Shown here: positions 24,228 through 35,291 of the stretch, one piece after another
Numbering within the stretch: the stretch's first letter is position 1
Layout of the letters: each line of letters starts with the position of its first letter
NCBI GenBank assembly: GCA_029953675.1
Contig: JAMWBK010000002.1
Location: 3,038,001-3,102,000 of the forward strand
Length of the DNA stretch: 64,000 nucleotides
Source of the DNA: Rhodosorus marinus CCMP1338
Taxonomy: Eukaryota; Plantae; Rhodophyta
Direction of reading: 5' to 3'
Position numbers and translations under genes: made by a program
Notes under the pieces: model-generated
What the model was told of the DNA's origin: nothing
Databases searched by the model: none
What the model saw: only the letters and a program-made list of their open reading frames with translations

Positions 24228-24502
24228 TTACCCTTACTACACCCAAAACCCCAGACCAACCTTGAAACACCACCTCGGACACAGTCACACACACACAAAA
24301 AATACAACCTCCTTCTTAACCTGTCCAACGTATTTCGCCAAACATTTGGCGACTCCTACGAACCTCCTCGCATACTACAGGACACACAACTCATCCATTG
24401 TCTTATTATTCTTATCCTTCTTCCGCACACAATACCCTCCTCATCTAGCACCTCCATTTACCCTTACTACACCCAAAAACCCAGACCAACCTTGAAACAC
24501 CA
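24200..24502. repeat. 73-bp direct duplication (24200-24272 and 24430-24502) covering the start codon of paralog B
   Basis: 72 of 73 positions identical by eye; offset 230 bp. Confidence 0.95.
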
Positions 24503-25493
24503 ATACAATCCAACTTGTTCATCCACACCAGCCCCACCTTTACCCGTAGATACGTTTCCGCCCACCCCCTGTAAATATATTACAAATTTTCTCCGAATTC
24601 GATATTTCCGTGCACTTCCGCAAAATCCCCACAAGTATTCTCTCCCTTAGTACGTTTGATGCTCTAGGCTCTTGCACGGTACGCATTCTCGAAGGAGAAT
24701 GTCACACAGAACCTGGTTATAAGAAACAGCTGGTTATGACTATGAAGACATAAGAGACATATCGTAGCTTAAAGGTCCCATTGAGTTCTCAATCGAAGGT
24801 TGGAAAGACATGCACCCAGTGCTTCCCCATGAACTGACTGACAAATCCCACCCGAAAAGAGGCCAGTCCCTCTGGTGGTTTTTGTTTGGTGATTGTTTTT
24901 AGTACATTTTTGGGTCTCTTCCGAGTGGAGGGAGAAAAAAGCAGATACTGCCCGTTGGCCGACTCATGCAGATGGGTGTGCGCAAGCAGTGAGGAGGAGG
25001 AATTACCCTGCCATTATGCGGGATTTTTGACGCATTTGAGCTCAATTTGGGTACTTTATAGTGCGATATTCAGAATCTAGGCAATCGCGAGTGAGCTTGC
25101 ATCATCTTCGTGGGAATGGACGTGATACGGTTCTCCGTGCTTTGCATCTAGAAATACGGCCAGGTGGAAGTCAAGATCGGTCCAACAATCATGAAGGTAA
25201 GCTCTACTTTATAAATAGTCAGAGAGAATCCCTCGCTCGCCTCTCCACGCGCGGCCTCCAGTTGAGCTGCAGGACAACTTGGCGTTGCATTATTCACGTC
25301 AGGTCCCTCACTGTGTAAAACCTCCACAGGCACTCTGACCTCACTTCTCTCTACTGAAATGCGTGCTAATATTGAACCCTAATATGAATACGGAGAAGCG
25401 GTTACTCCGCAAGAAAAACGCAAAAACCCAACACTACACTCTGCGCGTGACTACTAAGCCATTCGACAATGACGATGCGGTCTATTTGATCTG

Positions 25494-26984
25494 TTACGTC
25501 ACTCTCGAGTGCGAACTACTCGAACCACCATGCGTGACAACATGCTTCTTCAGGTCAGACCGCTGGAAAAATTCCTTGCCGCACTCCTCGCACCGATGTA
25601 GTCTTCGCTTTTCATGAACGGCGAGCACGTGTCTATTCAGTTTCGCCCGAGTCGCAAATCCCTTTCCGCATTCCTTACACACGGCGTGAGAAACTCCATG
25701 GTGCACGGAGCTAGTGTGGTCCCGCAGGTGGGTCTTGTGAATGAACTTCTTGCTACAGAACTCGCACGTAAAGCCTCGCTCCCCCAAGTGCACAGTTCGA
25801 TAATGTCTCTTCATCTCGTACTTCCTCATAAATATACCGCCGCACAGAGGGCATTGATTGTCTCGAGTCGGTGTGTCGGCCGTCTTCGGTGAACTTACTC
25901 CGTCGGCCGTCTTCGGTGTACTTACTCCGTCGGCAGTCTTCGGTGTACTTACTCCGTCGCCCTCGCTGGGAGGATCAATTTCCTCCACTTGCTCAAACAC
26001 ACGCTTACGGGATTCCTGCACAGCCTTCTGGATTGTCTGAATCTCTTCGAACTGGTTGTGTGAGTCTGGCGCCAAAAGCATTCGGCAGCTAACCTTCGAA
26101 TGATGGCTACAAGCGAATGCCCTCTTGGCCGCCTCAATTTGCTCTCCACTTGCTAACATCGCATACCGCTTTGCGAACTGAGAAGTTGTACTACTTTGCA
26201 TGTTAGTCTTCAAATCTGAGTAAAAAGATTTCGACACGTAGTACACCCCTGATTTAGCACGGCAAGTGAAGTCTGCTAACTCCGGCGTGAAAAAAACAGT
26301 GGTCAGGCCGGTGGCACGCTGCTCTGCCATCTGTCTATCAAATGACTGTCTCACAATCTGATAATCTTCCTTAATGTTCATTTTAGACCGCATCTTGAAG
26401 CTTGACGGACACTGACAAATTCGCTCTCCACGTGCACAACAAAAGTCACACACCTTTTTGTCCACAACCGTCATCGTTGACAAAATATAAGATGGTTGCT
26501 TTACGTCAAAGGTCACTGTGGATGTCATGATGTCCCCGTCATCACTCAGATAACTCTTCGAAAGCCACCCACGACCAGAATTGTCGTCAACGCCACCAAA
26601 GTGCACCATCCAGGTAGGGCTTTTACAATCAAAAGCAAACCTCATTCTCGTCGCCTTTTCAACTACGCGGCTCTCTGCATCCATTCTTCCGAGGACGGTG
26701 CCATAAATAATCCCATCACGGAACTCTTGCGGGCAGTACAAAAGGCTTCCTAGCCATTCATCGGGAACAGTATCCGGTACATCACCTTCATTAGCTTGAG
26801 CGTCTAAAGACATCCACATAGCTGACTGCTCGATACACAAAGGTGTTGAAGAATCCACCTCGAAAAGAAGCCACGACTTCATCATTTCGTGCGGGATCAG
26901 ACTGTAAGGCGCGACCGCATTACCATCATCCGACCGCAGCGTATCCCACGAAGAAGAACTCGGTTCTGAACGAACGGCAAACAT
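25494..26984 (-). CDS. 4xC2H2 zinc-finger protein, paralog C, intronless
   Basis: Uninterrupted 496-aa ORF with the same architecture. Confidence 0.92.
   Translation of the reverse strand: MFAVRSEPSSSSWDTLRSDDGNAVAPYSLIPHEMMKSWLLFEVDSSTPLCIEQSAMWMSLDAQANEGDVPDTVPDEWLGSLLYCPQEFRDGIIYGTVLGRMDAESRVVEKATRMRFAFDCKSPTWMVHFGGVDDNSGRGWLSKSYLSDDGDIMTSTVTFDVKQPSYILSTMTVVDKKVCDFCCARGERICQCPSSFKMRSKMNIKEDYQIVRQSFDRQMAEQRATGLTTVFFTPELADFTCRAKSGVYYVSKSFYSDLKTNMQSSTTSQFAKRYAMLASGEQIEAAKRAFACSHHSKVSCRMLLAPDSHNQFEEIQTIQKAVQESRKRVFEQVEEIDPPSEGDGVSTPKTADGVSTPKTADGVSSPKTADTPTRDNQCPLCGGIFMRKYEMKRHYRTVHLGERGFTCEFCSKKFIHKTHLRDHTSSVHHGVSHAVCKECGKGFATRAKLNRHVLAVHEKRRLHRCEECGKEFFQRSDLKKHVVTHGGSSSSHSRVT
25875..25959 (-). 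repeat. 27-bp coding minisatellite x3 (GVSTPKTAD) in the linker of paralog C
   Basis: GTCGGCCGTCTTCGGTGTACTTACTCC-type unit starting at 25875, 25902 and 25929. Confidence 0.9.
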
Positions 26985-27439
26985 CGTCAGCAGCTCAAGT
27001 CTTTAAAAACTTCTGCTGCAACAATTCTGAAACACCTTTCCCAACCGCTCCAGCTTACACGGCACGCAAAACCGACCAACAACCAACCAATGAAAATGGA
27101 TCCCACTCTAACACCCTAGCCTCACCTTCTTCCTTTCCCCCTCCCTCCCCCTACCCCCAGCCCCCCTCCCCCGGGCTTCCCCTCTTCACAAACCAAAGTA
27201 CCCACAACAACAAAAACGAAACGAGTAAACGCCTCGTCGCAAAAAATGGCCCAAACCCCCCGCTAACCAAAACAGACTATTAGCCAAGACCTCCTCAACA
27301 TCTCCATACCTTAACAACCGCCACCTCCTCGATAACCACCCAAAGTCCAACCTTTCTCCCTCCCTCTTACCACAGTACCAAAGTACCAAAGTACCAAAAG
27401 TACGGGGGTCTCTTTAGCCCCGGAAAAAAAAAATGCGCA

Positions 27440-27572
27440 CCACTCCCCTTCTTTCCAACCTCGTAACCGCTCCACTCCCCTTCTTTCCAACCTCGTAACC
27501 GCTCCACTCCCCTTCTTTCCAACCTCGTAACCGCTCCACTCCCCTTCTTGCCAACCTAATAAGCGCTCCACT
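27440..27572. repeat. 32-bp minisatellite, about 4 copies, upstream of paralog C
   Basis: CCACTCCCCTTCTTTCCAACCTCGTAACCGCT at 27440, 27472 and 27504, with a degenerate copy at 27536. No spacers. Confidence 0.95.
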
Positions 27573-29305
27573 GCCTCAAAATCTCCTCCCCCCGCCCCTT
27601 CTTTCATCGCCTTTCCATATGATATGGATATGCGCGTATCCCGTTTCAGCAGTGAGGCCTCGTCTTTTCATTATTTTCTTAAATATATTGAGCTTACTTT
27701 TATCCCCATCTAGTTTCCGGGCTATATTGAAAATACGATTCTTTTTGGAACGGGCTGCTACGATTGCGCTGATTGGCGGAGGTAAGCTATTCATGGGGCA
27801 ATGGCCGTTCAGCGGAACCTAAAAACATTTATTTTAGAGTGTAGGCGATATTATTTTAAGTCTGCGCGGGGTGCTCTGTGCTTCACGGTAATTGCTGAAT
27901 TACCAATGTTTATTGGGGGAATATTTGGTGCGAGAACCCAAACTCGGCTTGTTCTTAGTGAGACGTCGATCTAAAACTAAGGTTAAATCATCCTTAAGTA
28001 GAAAAGACACCTAAAAATGGGGGCTAGAATAAGAACCCAACGAAATTGCGCCAACGAACGGGCGAGATATTGGGGACTTTGCTGTCGGTAATCAACGAGA
28101 AAAAAGTTGATATTTAGGTTTGGCGGAAGAATAGGAAACAAAAAAAAATATCAAAGGAACCCCCAAAGTAGTCCACGAAGAAACAAGAAAAAAAAAGAAG
28201 CCCTGTGTACAAATGGAAAGGGTAGGTTTTCACCTGACGTGCAAACACTACGGGTCGAACAATACATATAAATTATAAATATAATATCTGACCGTATTTA
28301 TGGTCAAAATTATGGATTTTTTACGTCCATGTCGAATTCTCAAAATTCGAGAGCAGCTGACCGGTGTCCGACCTGTCGTCCCGGATGGACATTCTTCCAC
28401 TGGTCGAGTCGGAAAGTCGGCCCAAATATTCAATTGTTTTTTTTCGTTAGAATCAATATGGAAAGAGTAATTTTTGGTCGTGACCGAAGAAAGGCAATTT
28501 TATGCAATATGTATAGAGGGGGGTTGGTCAGCTCATCAACTCATATCTAGACACAGCCCCTTGCCCCCCCACAAAAAAGTGATTTTTTCCTCCAAAAGCC
28601 TAAAACAAAGGCAATTGGATCCTCGTAGGGCAATCCACAAAATCTCAACTCTTTGCCAGTCAATTTCGTACTCGTTCGTATACATCGATACTATTGGCAG
28701 AAACCTACTCAATTCATAAGCCAGACCGGCGTGCGCTAGCTTTCAGTACGTAACAATGATCCCTTAAATTTTCAATTAATTCAAGCGTGAAGATATTGAA
28801 TACACAAATATAAGAGAGCTATCCTGTGTAAATCAAAATAGAATAGAATAAGACTATAAAATATACTGGACTAAGGGCCACGGTATTTTTAGTGGCTATA
28901 GGTACAGCTGTATTGTTTTTATTGGACTAATATGGAATATATTTCACTTGAATTATGAGGGGTTTGTTTAGGTTTCCAAAGCCAGTCTGCAGGCTCTTAC
29001 ACTTAGTTGTTCTTTCTTTTCGTTGGCTAAGTGACTTTTTTTTTTTTTTTTTTCCAGTGGTCTCATATTTCCCCCTCGCTGGCTGTGGGTCTTGCAAAGA
29101 TGAACAACCGCTGGAAGAGTACACACTGGACTTGGGAGGTAGCCAACAAATTCGGGAACCAAGCCTAAGAAACCAACAAAGGGATGAAATCAAGCAGCTT
29201 TTGTGCCTCGGAAGAACTAAACGTATGCAAGGTAATGGCTGGCAGTGGAAACCTTATGCCTCCCCTCAAGTTTAAGCTTGGCGGAGTCCTCCAATGACAC
29301 GTGGA

Positions 29306-29336
29306 GAGGCAACTCTTGCAACCCAAGAGTTGCCTC
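29306..29336. other. Perfect 13-bp inverted repeat with 5-nt loop
   Basis: GAGGCAACTCTTG-caacc-CAAGAGTTGCCTC. Confidence 0.9.
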
Positions 29337-29499
29337 GTAGCCATTGAGAGTGCCAGTAGCGTTTAGTGTTTACCGATTAGTTAGTAGTCACACGTTTGTG
29401 ACTCACCTTTCCCTCTCGTAGGCACCCACCCGGAGTTGTTGGTTTTCCAGCAAACCAAAGACACTGCTACACCAGGGGTTTACGGCGCTACCATACAGA

Positions 29500-30840
29500 T
29501 GATATGCCGATCAGAATGGATGCCAACAAAGACAAGCTGCTCTCTGACAGTCTGAGCGGAGTTCGCTCAGTTTATGAAGGGTACATGCCTTTGGTTTCGA
29601 TTCCCCAAGAGTTTTTGATAGGCATTTCCAAGAAATCTTGCAGCCCAAGAAGACTTCAGCATGGGAATCCGAGTAGTTGTATTCTAATTTGGAAGCGTTT
29701 ATCAAAGCATTTGTCACGCGCTTACTTTTTCCGCTCGGAAAATCATTCCTCTAGCCAGGGTTCTAGCTGTTTGCTACTACTTGGCAGTTTTGCAAGACAT
29801 TTGGTGAACATAAGAGGAGGTCGGTTTTTATGCTTGAATCATGGGGTCGGAGAAGGTCCCTATTTTCTTCATGTTTTTCTTTGGGAAATGAGGAACCTAA
29901 CGGATCTGCGTAAGTTGTTGGGGACGATCTAGATGTTGATTAGCACAGGGGCTCCTCACACAGCTCAAATGTGGTGGGTTCGAATAAAGGAATAAATGGG
30001 GGGAGTCTACGGCGCTTATGCACCTGGTTTCGTCAACTCTAGAAACGATGTGCGTCTGTGCGTCGTTTGTGCAACTGTTTTTCCTGGAATTATGGTTTTC
30101 TTCACACTCTGTGCTCTCCAATTGACTCGCTGTTGCAACTGAAGTTGTTTGCTTGGTCGAACGACGCTTCGTTGCTTTTCTTTGAAGGCCTCGGTTTGCG
30201 CGATAAATGCGCTGGATTTACTTCTTGATGTTGCCATCTTGATTTCGCGCTCTCCTCTGTTTGGTGCTTAACTGCGTAGGCTTGTGATTCTGTTTCTTCT
30301 GTCTCATCGCTTCTGAGAGCGACCAATCCGTTGCCTCTCCATAAGGTCCAGTTCAGGTCTGCCTTGGTGAAGACCCACAATCTGCATACATGGAGGAGGA
30401 AAGTTGGTACGGTCTGGCAGATTGTGGTCTCCAGCAAACCCTCTCGAATGTCTGTGATGGATCTGGTCCATTAAAAGCTTAACTTCCTCGATCGGCGAGA
30501 TGTCCTGCTGCAGTTGCTTCACTCCCCCGCCTTTCACTAGGTTTAGCTGTGGGAGGCGTCCGCATCTCTCCCCATTAAGCCCGTCAAGGCGCCATGTTAC
30601 AAGAGTTGGCCGCCCGGCTTACTCTCTCCATAGTTCATACGAAGCCACATCATCCGAGACTTTTGACTGTCAGGCTCAAGCGCGGAGATGGTTGTAGAGT
30701 TCTAACAGAGTGTGCATCGCTCGATGGCGTTGTACGATTTCCATCGCGACGTAGAGCTCTAAACCACAGCATGCTCTGGAGGTCCACGCGCCTCTGCACC
30801 GCAAATTGGGTACGCTGAGGCTTCTCTTGATTCAATTATC
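29500..30840 (-). mobile_element. Possible highly decayed LTR-retrotransposon gag/protease remnant
   Basis: Stop-riddled fragments LYNHLRA*A*QSKVSDDVASYE and WRLDGLNGE (gag-like), ECEENHNSRKNSC (weak knuckle-like) and CISAVDSPHLFL (weak protease-like). The similarity is weak and judged by eye. Confidence 0.3.
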
Positions 30841-31505
30841 TGCGTTTGCTATGCACCCCTTACTGTCTACTGATAATCTCGACTGGGAAATAGCGTCTCC
30901 AGTCGGTGGGGGGATGTGATCCACGATCCGTATGCCGTGCACAGGTCAGTATCCCCTGCTCAATGACAACTAGTCCCCATGAGCGTGTTCCTACTACTAC
31001 CTACTCCCAGGGGGGGGGGCAGGCGCTTAACCAAAACCCGCCATCTGTAGAATTTACGTGACGAGCCGCTCTCCAATCATGCCATTCAACTAGAAGTATT
31101 TGATGATGATTTAGTGAGAGGCAAACAAACCCGAAGAAGCTCGCTCTATGACAACACTCCACAGTACCTCACAGCACCAAAAAGAAGCACTGATCACTCC
31201 TGAATCCAGTTTTATCCAAACCAGAAAATAGATGATATTTTAATTAAATTCAAACTATATAGAATTCACTCTCAATTCGAAAATCGGGGTTTGTAAATTA
31301 TACTTATTTCTGAAAGGGGATTGGCTGGGATCGTCTTGTGCTTCAGGATGAGTGTCTCTTAATTGGAATTGTTCCGTTGGAGTGGTTGGGCAAAGGATAT
31401 TTGAAGGCCTCGGATATGGGGGTGCGGAGTGGGACTTCTGAAGGGATGCGAGGATAGCGAAGAAATTCTTTAGACGATCAAACATGACTAACATAGCTGA
31501 AGTAG

Positions 31506-32933
31506 ATGGTAGGTTTCTCTCTTGTGTTTTTTTTTGTATATGTTTGGTGTTTTGGCGCTCACCTAGGCTTCTTGTTTTGCTTATACTCTTCTTCAGGATT
31601 TTTGAAAGCGGCGGGACTCCCTTCGGAGGAACAGCTGGATTCCTTTCGGAGAAGCAAGCTCGAGATTTCGAGTAAGAAGCGCTCTAGACCAGCACTACCG
31701 ACGGTGAATGACAAATTTAGGAAGCATCCTGGGAAGCACGATGTTGTCATCTCGCCGACTAAGGAGGAGTTTCTACAGGCTATGGAGTACCTGAACTCGT
31801 CTGACGATAGAATTTTGTCCGGCGGTAGAATATTTTTCAACTGTCCCCATCCCAACCAGACGTATCGAATCTACCTTGACGATTTGGTCTTGATTAACAA
31901 CAAGGCCTGGCCCGACAAACGGAATTGGAACCAGAAGTTTTCAATAGTTGCCCCACACGCGAACGTGACCTTTCTTCCTACCGAGAGGTATGCCCCGAAG
32001 TGCAGGGGGCTGTTCCGAGCAAACCACGCTGCCGATGTATATATATATGGGTTAACGTTTATGAACGCATCCGTCAGTTCCGACGCCTGCGCACGTGAGG
32101 AATACGGATCCAAATGGCACACAATGTCAGTTGAAGATCGAAAGACGGCTGTTGCTCAGTACGGCGGGGCAGCATACCAGCAACGAAAGGGCCCGCGAAA
32201 TGGTCTTCCTATAACCTTTCATCGCACTGCTTTTCTGAACAATCATGTTACCTCGTCCGAAGCCCGTGGAGGCGGTGCCATCAACACGCTCGGCACACAC
32301 ATTGAGGTCTGGGATTCCATCTTCGTTGGCAACAGTGGTGCCGCTGGAGGAGCAATCGCTGGGAAGCAGATAAAGTTGTACTTATTTTCTTCCAACTTCA
32401 TTGGAAACTGGTCAACCGGGGGCCGAGATTCCCACCAGCTGGTTGCGAACGGCGGCGCTCTCCGCTGTGATGGCATCAAACTCGGGCATCTCTGTGGCTG
32501 CTATTTTCGGGAGAACTTCATCAAACCTGTTGAGAGGATGAAGGGGACTGCCGCTACTCTGTACGGTGCGCAACAGCCTGAGGGAGATATCCTTGTCGAA
32601 CACTGTCGATTCCATCTAAACGGGACCACCGGCAGCAGAGAAACAGAATGCATCCTTAACCTGGTTGGGAACATGAACATTATAGTTAGAGACACAGTCT
32701 TTGATGAGAACCGTGTTGGCAGCGACAAACCAAACAAGGCTGTGGTAGTTGCGTTCGTCGCGGGAGGGTTTAATATCAACTTCCACGGTGTCAATTTCGT
32801 GGGGAACCAATACCAGGCGGGCTATTCTGGAAAGAGTATCAGACTCAAAAGAAAAGACTCGGGAGGCCACTGCAGCGTGACCAACTGCTTTGAGGATCGA
32901 AAACCCATTGAAGGGCTCGGTTTCGCGAAGTGA
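31506..32933 (+). CDS. Secreted/membrane right-handed beta-helix protein with Pmp-like GGA(I/L) and FxxN repeats, intronless
   Basis: Hydrophobic N-terminus; GGAAY, GGGAIN, GGAIAG, GGALRC; FLNN, FVGN, FIGN, FREN, FDEN, FVGN. Confidence 0.8.
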   Translation: MVGFSLVFFFVYVWCFGAHLGFLFCLYSSSGFLKAAGLPSEEQLDSFRRSKLEISSKKRSRPALPTVNDKFRKHPGKHDVVISPTKEEFLQAMEYLNSSDDRILSGGRIFFNCPHPNQTYRIYLDDLVLINNKAWPDKRNWNQKFSIVAPHANVTFLPTERYAPKCRGLFRANHAADVYIYGLTFMNASVSSDACAREEYGSKWHTMSVEDRKTAVAQYGGAAYQQRKGPRNGLPITFHRTAFLNNHVTSSEARGGGAINTLGTHIEVWDSIFVGNSGAAGGAIAGKQIKLYLFSSNFIGNWSTGGRDSHQLVANGGALRCDGIKLGHLCGCYFRENFIKPVERMKGTAATLYGAQQPEGDILVEHCRFHLNGTTGSRETECILNLVGNMNIIVRDTVFDENRVGSDKPNKAVVVAFVAGGFNINFHGVNFVGNQYQAGYSGKSIRLKRKDSGGHCSVTNCFEDRKPIEGLGFAK

Positions 32934-33164
32934 AAGGCGTCAAGGAGACGTTGTCGCTGAGTTTTGAAGCTTCTGCAGGAGAGTCTCAGCGTAAGTTTCA
33001 AGATAGATCGAACCAGTTATCATCTCGGAGCCTCCCTATCGGTTTTGAAACGAGCGGGTTAGTGGCCTATTGAAGTAGCGCAAATTGAGCGTTGAGAATG
33101 TCTCGAAGAGCATCTTAAAAAAAAAAAAAGGATGCCTAAACGGGAGGGCGATTCTTGGTTCATC

Positions 33165-33491
33165 TCAGAGTGAGATGCCAAAACTGGGAAACCCTGTTGA
33201 GCTTGAGAGTTTTGAAATACTGCATGTATACCACCAAACGATGTTCCAGAAGGCCTCAGAACGGCAGAGCACTGTCACATGTTCTACTGGAATTAGGAAG
33301 TGGTTGTCGTTGAACCTGGATTCGCACAGTATCCCTTTGTCACTTGTTCTGTACGGCTGTCGTCGGCTGGCTCGACCGTTGAGGAAGGGTCCCACAGCAC
33401 AATTTGGAATTTTCAAGGAAGGTGCGTCCACAGAGGCAGTGGCGATTGTTGTAAAGACCACCCCCACACACACAATGAGCAGCACATTCAC
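33165..33491 (-). CDS. Possible small secreted Cys-containing protein
   Basis: Signal-peptide-like MNVLLIVCVGVVFTTIATA followed by about 90 aa with four Cys. No homology recognised. Confidence 0.35.
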   Translation of the reverse strand: MNVLLIVCVGVVFTTIATASVDAPSLKIPNCAVGPFLNGRASRRQPYRTSDKGILCESRFNDNHFLIPVEHVTVLCRSEAFWNIVWWYTCSISKLSSSTGFPSFGISL

Positions 33492-34255
33492 AATGGCTTG
33501 GTAGCACTGCTATGTTTAACTATCTTCGTGTCAGACCAACTTCAGCGAAACACCAACTGCTCCCTTCTGATGGCGTCGATACAGACTTTTGGAACCGACA
33601 AAACAGAAACTTTATTGAATAGTAGAAATAAATCAATCGACAATTTCCTTCCCAAGCACGAAGCTTCAGGGGCGAAGGGGGATCCACAATATATTGAATA
33701 ATCGATATAAATAAACCACATTAGCTCGATACATAGCCAATAACCCAGCTGACAGTCCTTCCATTGAATAATAGGAGTAAATTAATCACAGTTTGCACAA
33801 ATGTAGAAGATCATATAAACTCAACCGAACTCTAAATAATGGAAATAAATAAATTAAGGCCCTGGTGCGTTGGCAACGGCCAGACCTTGGAGAGTGGAAT
33901 ATTAAATAATGGAAACAAATTAATTACAGATTGGGAACCATGAAATGAGGAATGCACGGCTAATTAGACTGATTATTGGAATTTTTTTACTCCGACTAGA
34001 TGACTTAAGGAATTTTGATCGGGCGGGGGGAAGGAGATGTGTTTCTGGTTTGGCAATATTTTTGTTATTGCATGGATTGGATCCTTTTGGGAGGGGGTGG
34101 GGGGAGAAAGGTAGCAACCGGAGTGGGGAAGACATATGAATTGTGAATATTGAACAGGATCATTTGGGAAAGTAAAAGGTTTCGGGGGTGGAGAGAGGTT
34201 ATTTGGTTGACATGTGAGTGCCTGTTTATGGTTTTGTTCTGTTTTGGGTGATGTG

Positions 34256-35291
34256 ATGGCGTGGAAGGGAGAGTCGGATGGAAGAATGCGGTCTGAAGGG
34301 GTGATCGGATTTGTTTCTGGAGCTGGAAAGAGCTTTTTGGGGACAGCAAGCCGGGTTGTTAGGAGTAGATCGAGGGGTAGGGGATTGTCGTGTTCCTTGT
34401 CGGAGCCTTTTGTTCGGAGCGGGAGTGCTTTCGATTACCCGAGAATCGTTACTTTGAGCACCAGCGTGAATGACTGGGTTGTACAGCGCGGGCTCCCATC
34501 GGAGCGACCGGACATTTTGGGCTTATGCACTTGGTTCGTTGTCTTGTACTTTGGATTCTCGGATAAGATCCGCCTTGGTACGGCTCTGAGGAAAATGATG
34601 GCAGAGTCCCTAGAGCAAGCTAATGTCGGAAAAGACGTGGCTGAAGGGATAGCAACAGCTTTTCACACGTTTCCATTCATATTCGGTGCTCTTTTCATTG
34701 ATTCCGTGCTCAGAGGTGGTTTGGGGCCAGGCTTCGCTGCATCAGGTGAGCTCAACCTGAACTCGACCTCAGTTCAACCGAGAGACCACCTCCACTGAAC
34801 AAGCCTTGAAACACGATACCTTGCGTATCCTGCAGGAGGCATCTCCTTATCCCTCTGGGCTATGATATTTGAACTCGGGAGGCCGAGGGAGCGCAGCGAG
34901 GAAGAACTCGAGGAGGAGAGGCAGGCGTTTCAAGCTTTTTGTGAATTTGCCGAAAAAAGCCTTGATCGTCGTGGTAGGTGTCATTACGTCGAGGTCGCGA
35001 CAGAATTTAGACGTCAATACCCAAAGTAAGCCTTTTTCGAGCATCAGCCACCAATACCCATACCGCCTCTACTCATTCACTTGGTTTACTCCATTCGATC
35101 TAAGCAGCCGTACGCATTCTATCTACCATCATCCGCCTTTCATCTTCCATAGGTATAGGGATCCTAGAGTGCTGAATGATCAAGTCCTAAAACGATTCGT
35201 CGCCTCCTGGGCACCGGCTGCCAGGCGAACGAAGGCTGGATACTATAAGGACCTCTCCGTCAAGACTGATTCTATTCGAGACGTGTTCTGA
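34256..35291 (+). CDS. Conserved plastid-targeted membrane protein of unknown function (3 exons)
   Basis: Transit-like GFVSGAGKSFLG...; hydrophobic segments; exons ...FAAS|GISLSLWAMIFELGRP...RCHYVEVATEFRRQYPK|YRDPRVL...RTKAGYYKDLSV* joined by GT-AG introns. Confidence 0.7.

Noticed and set aside
27440-27572. 32-bp direct repeats as a CRISPR array
   Set aside because: The repeats are contiguous with no spacers, there are no cas genes, and the context is eukaryotic.
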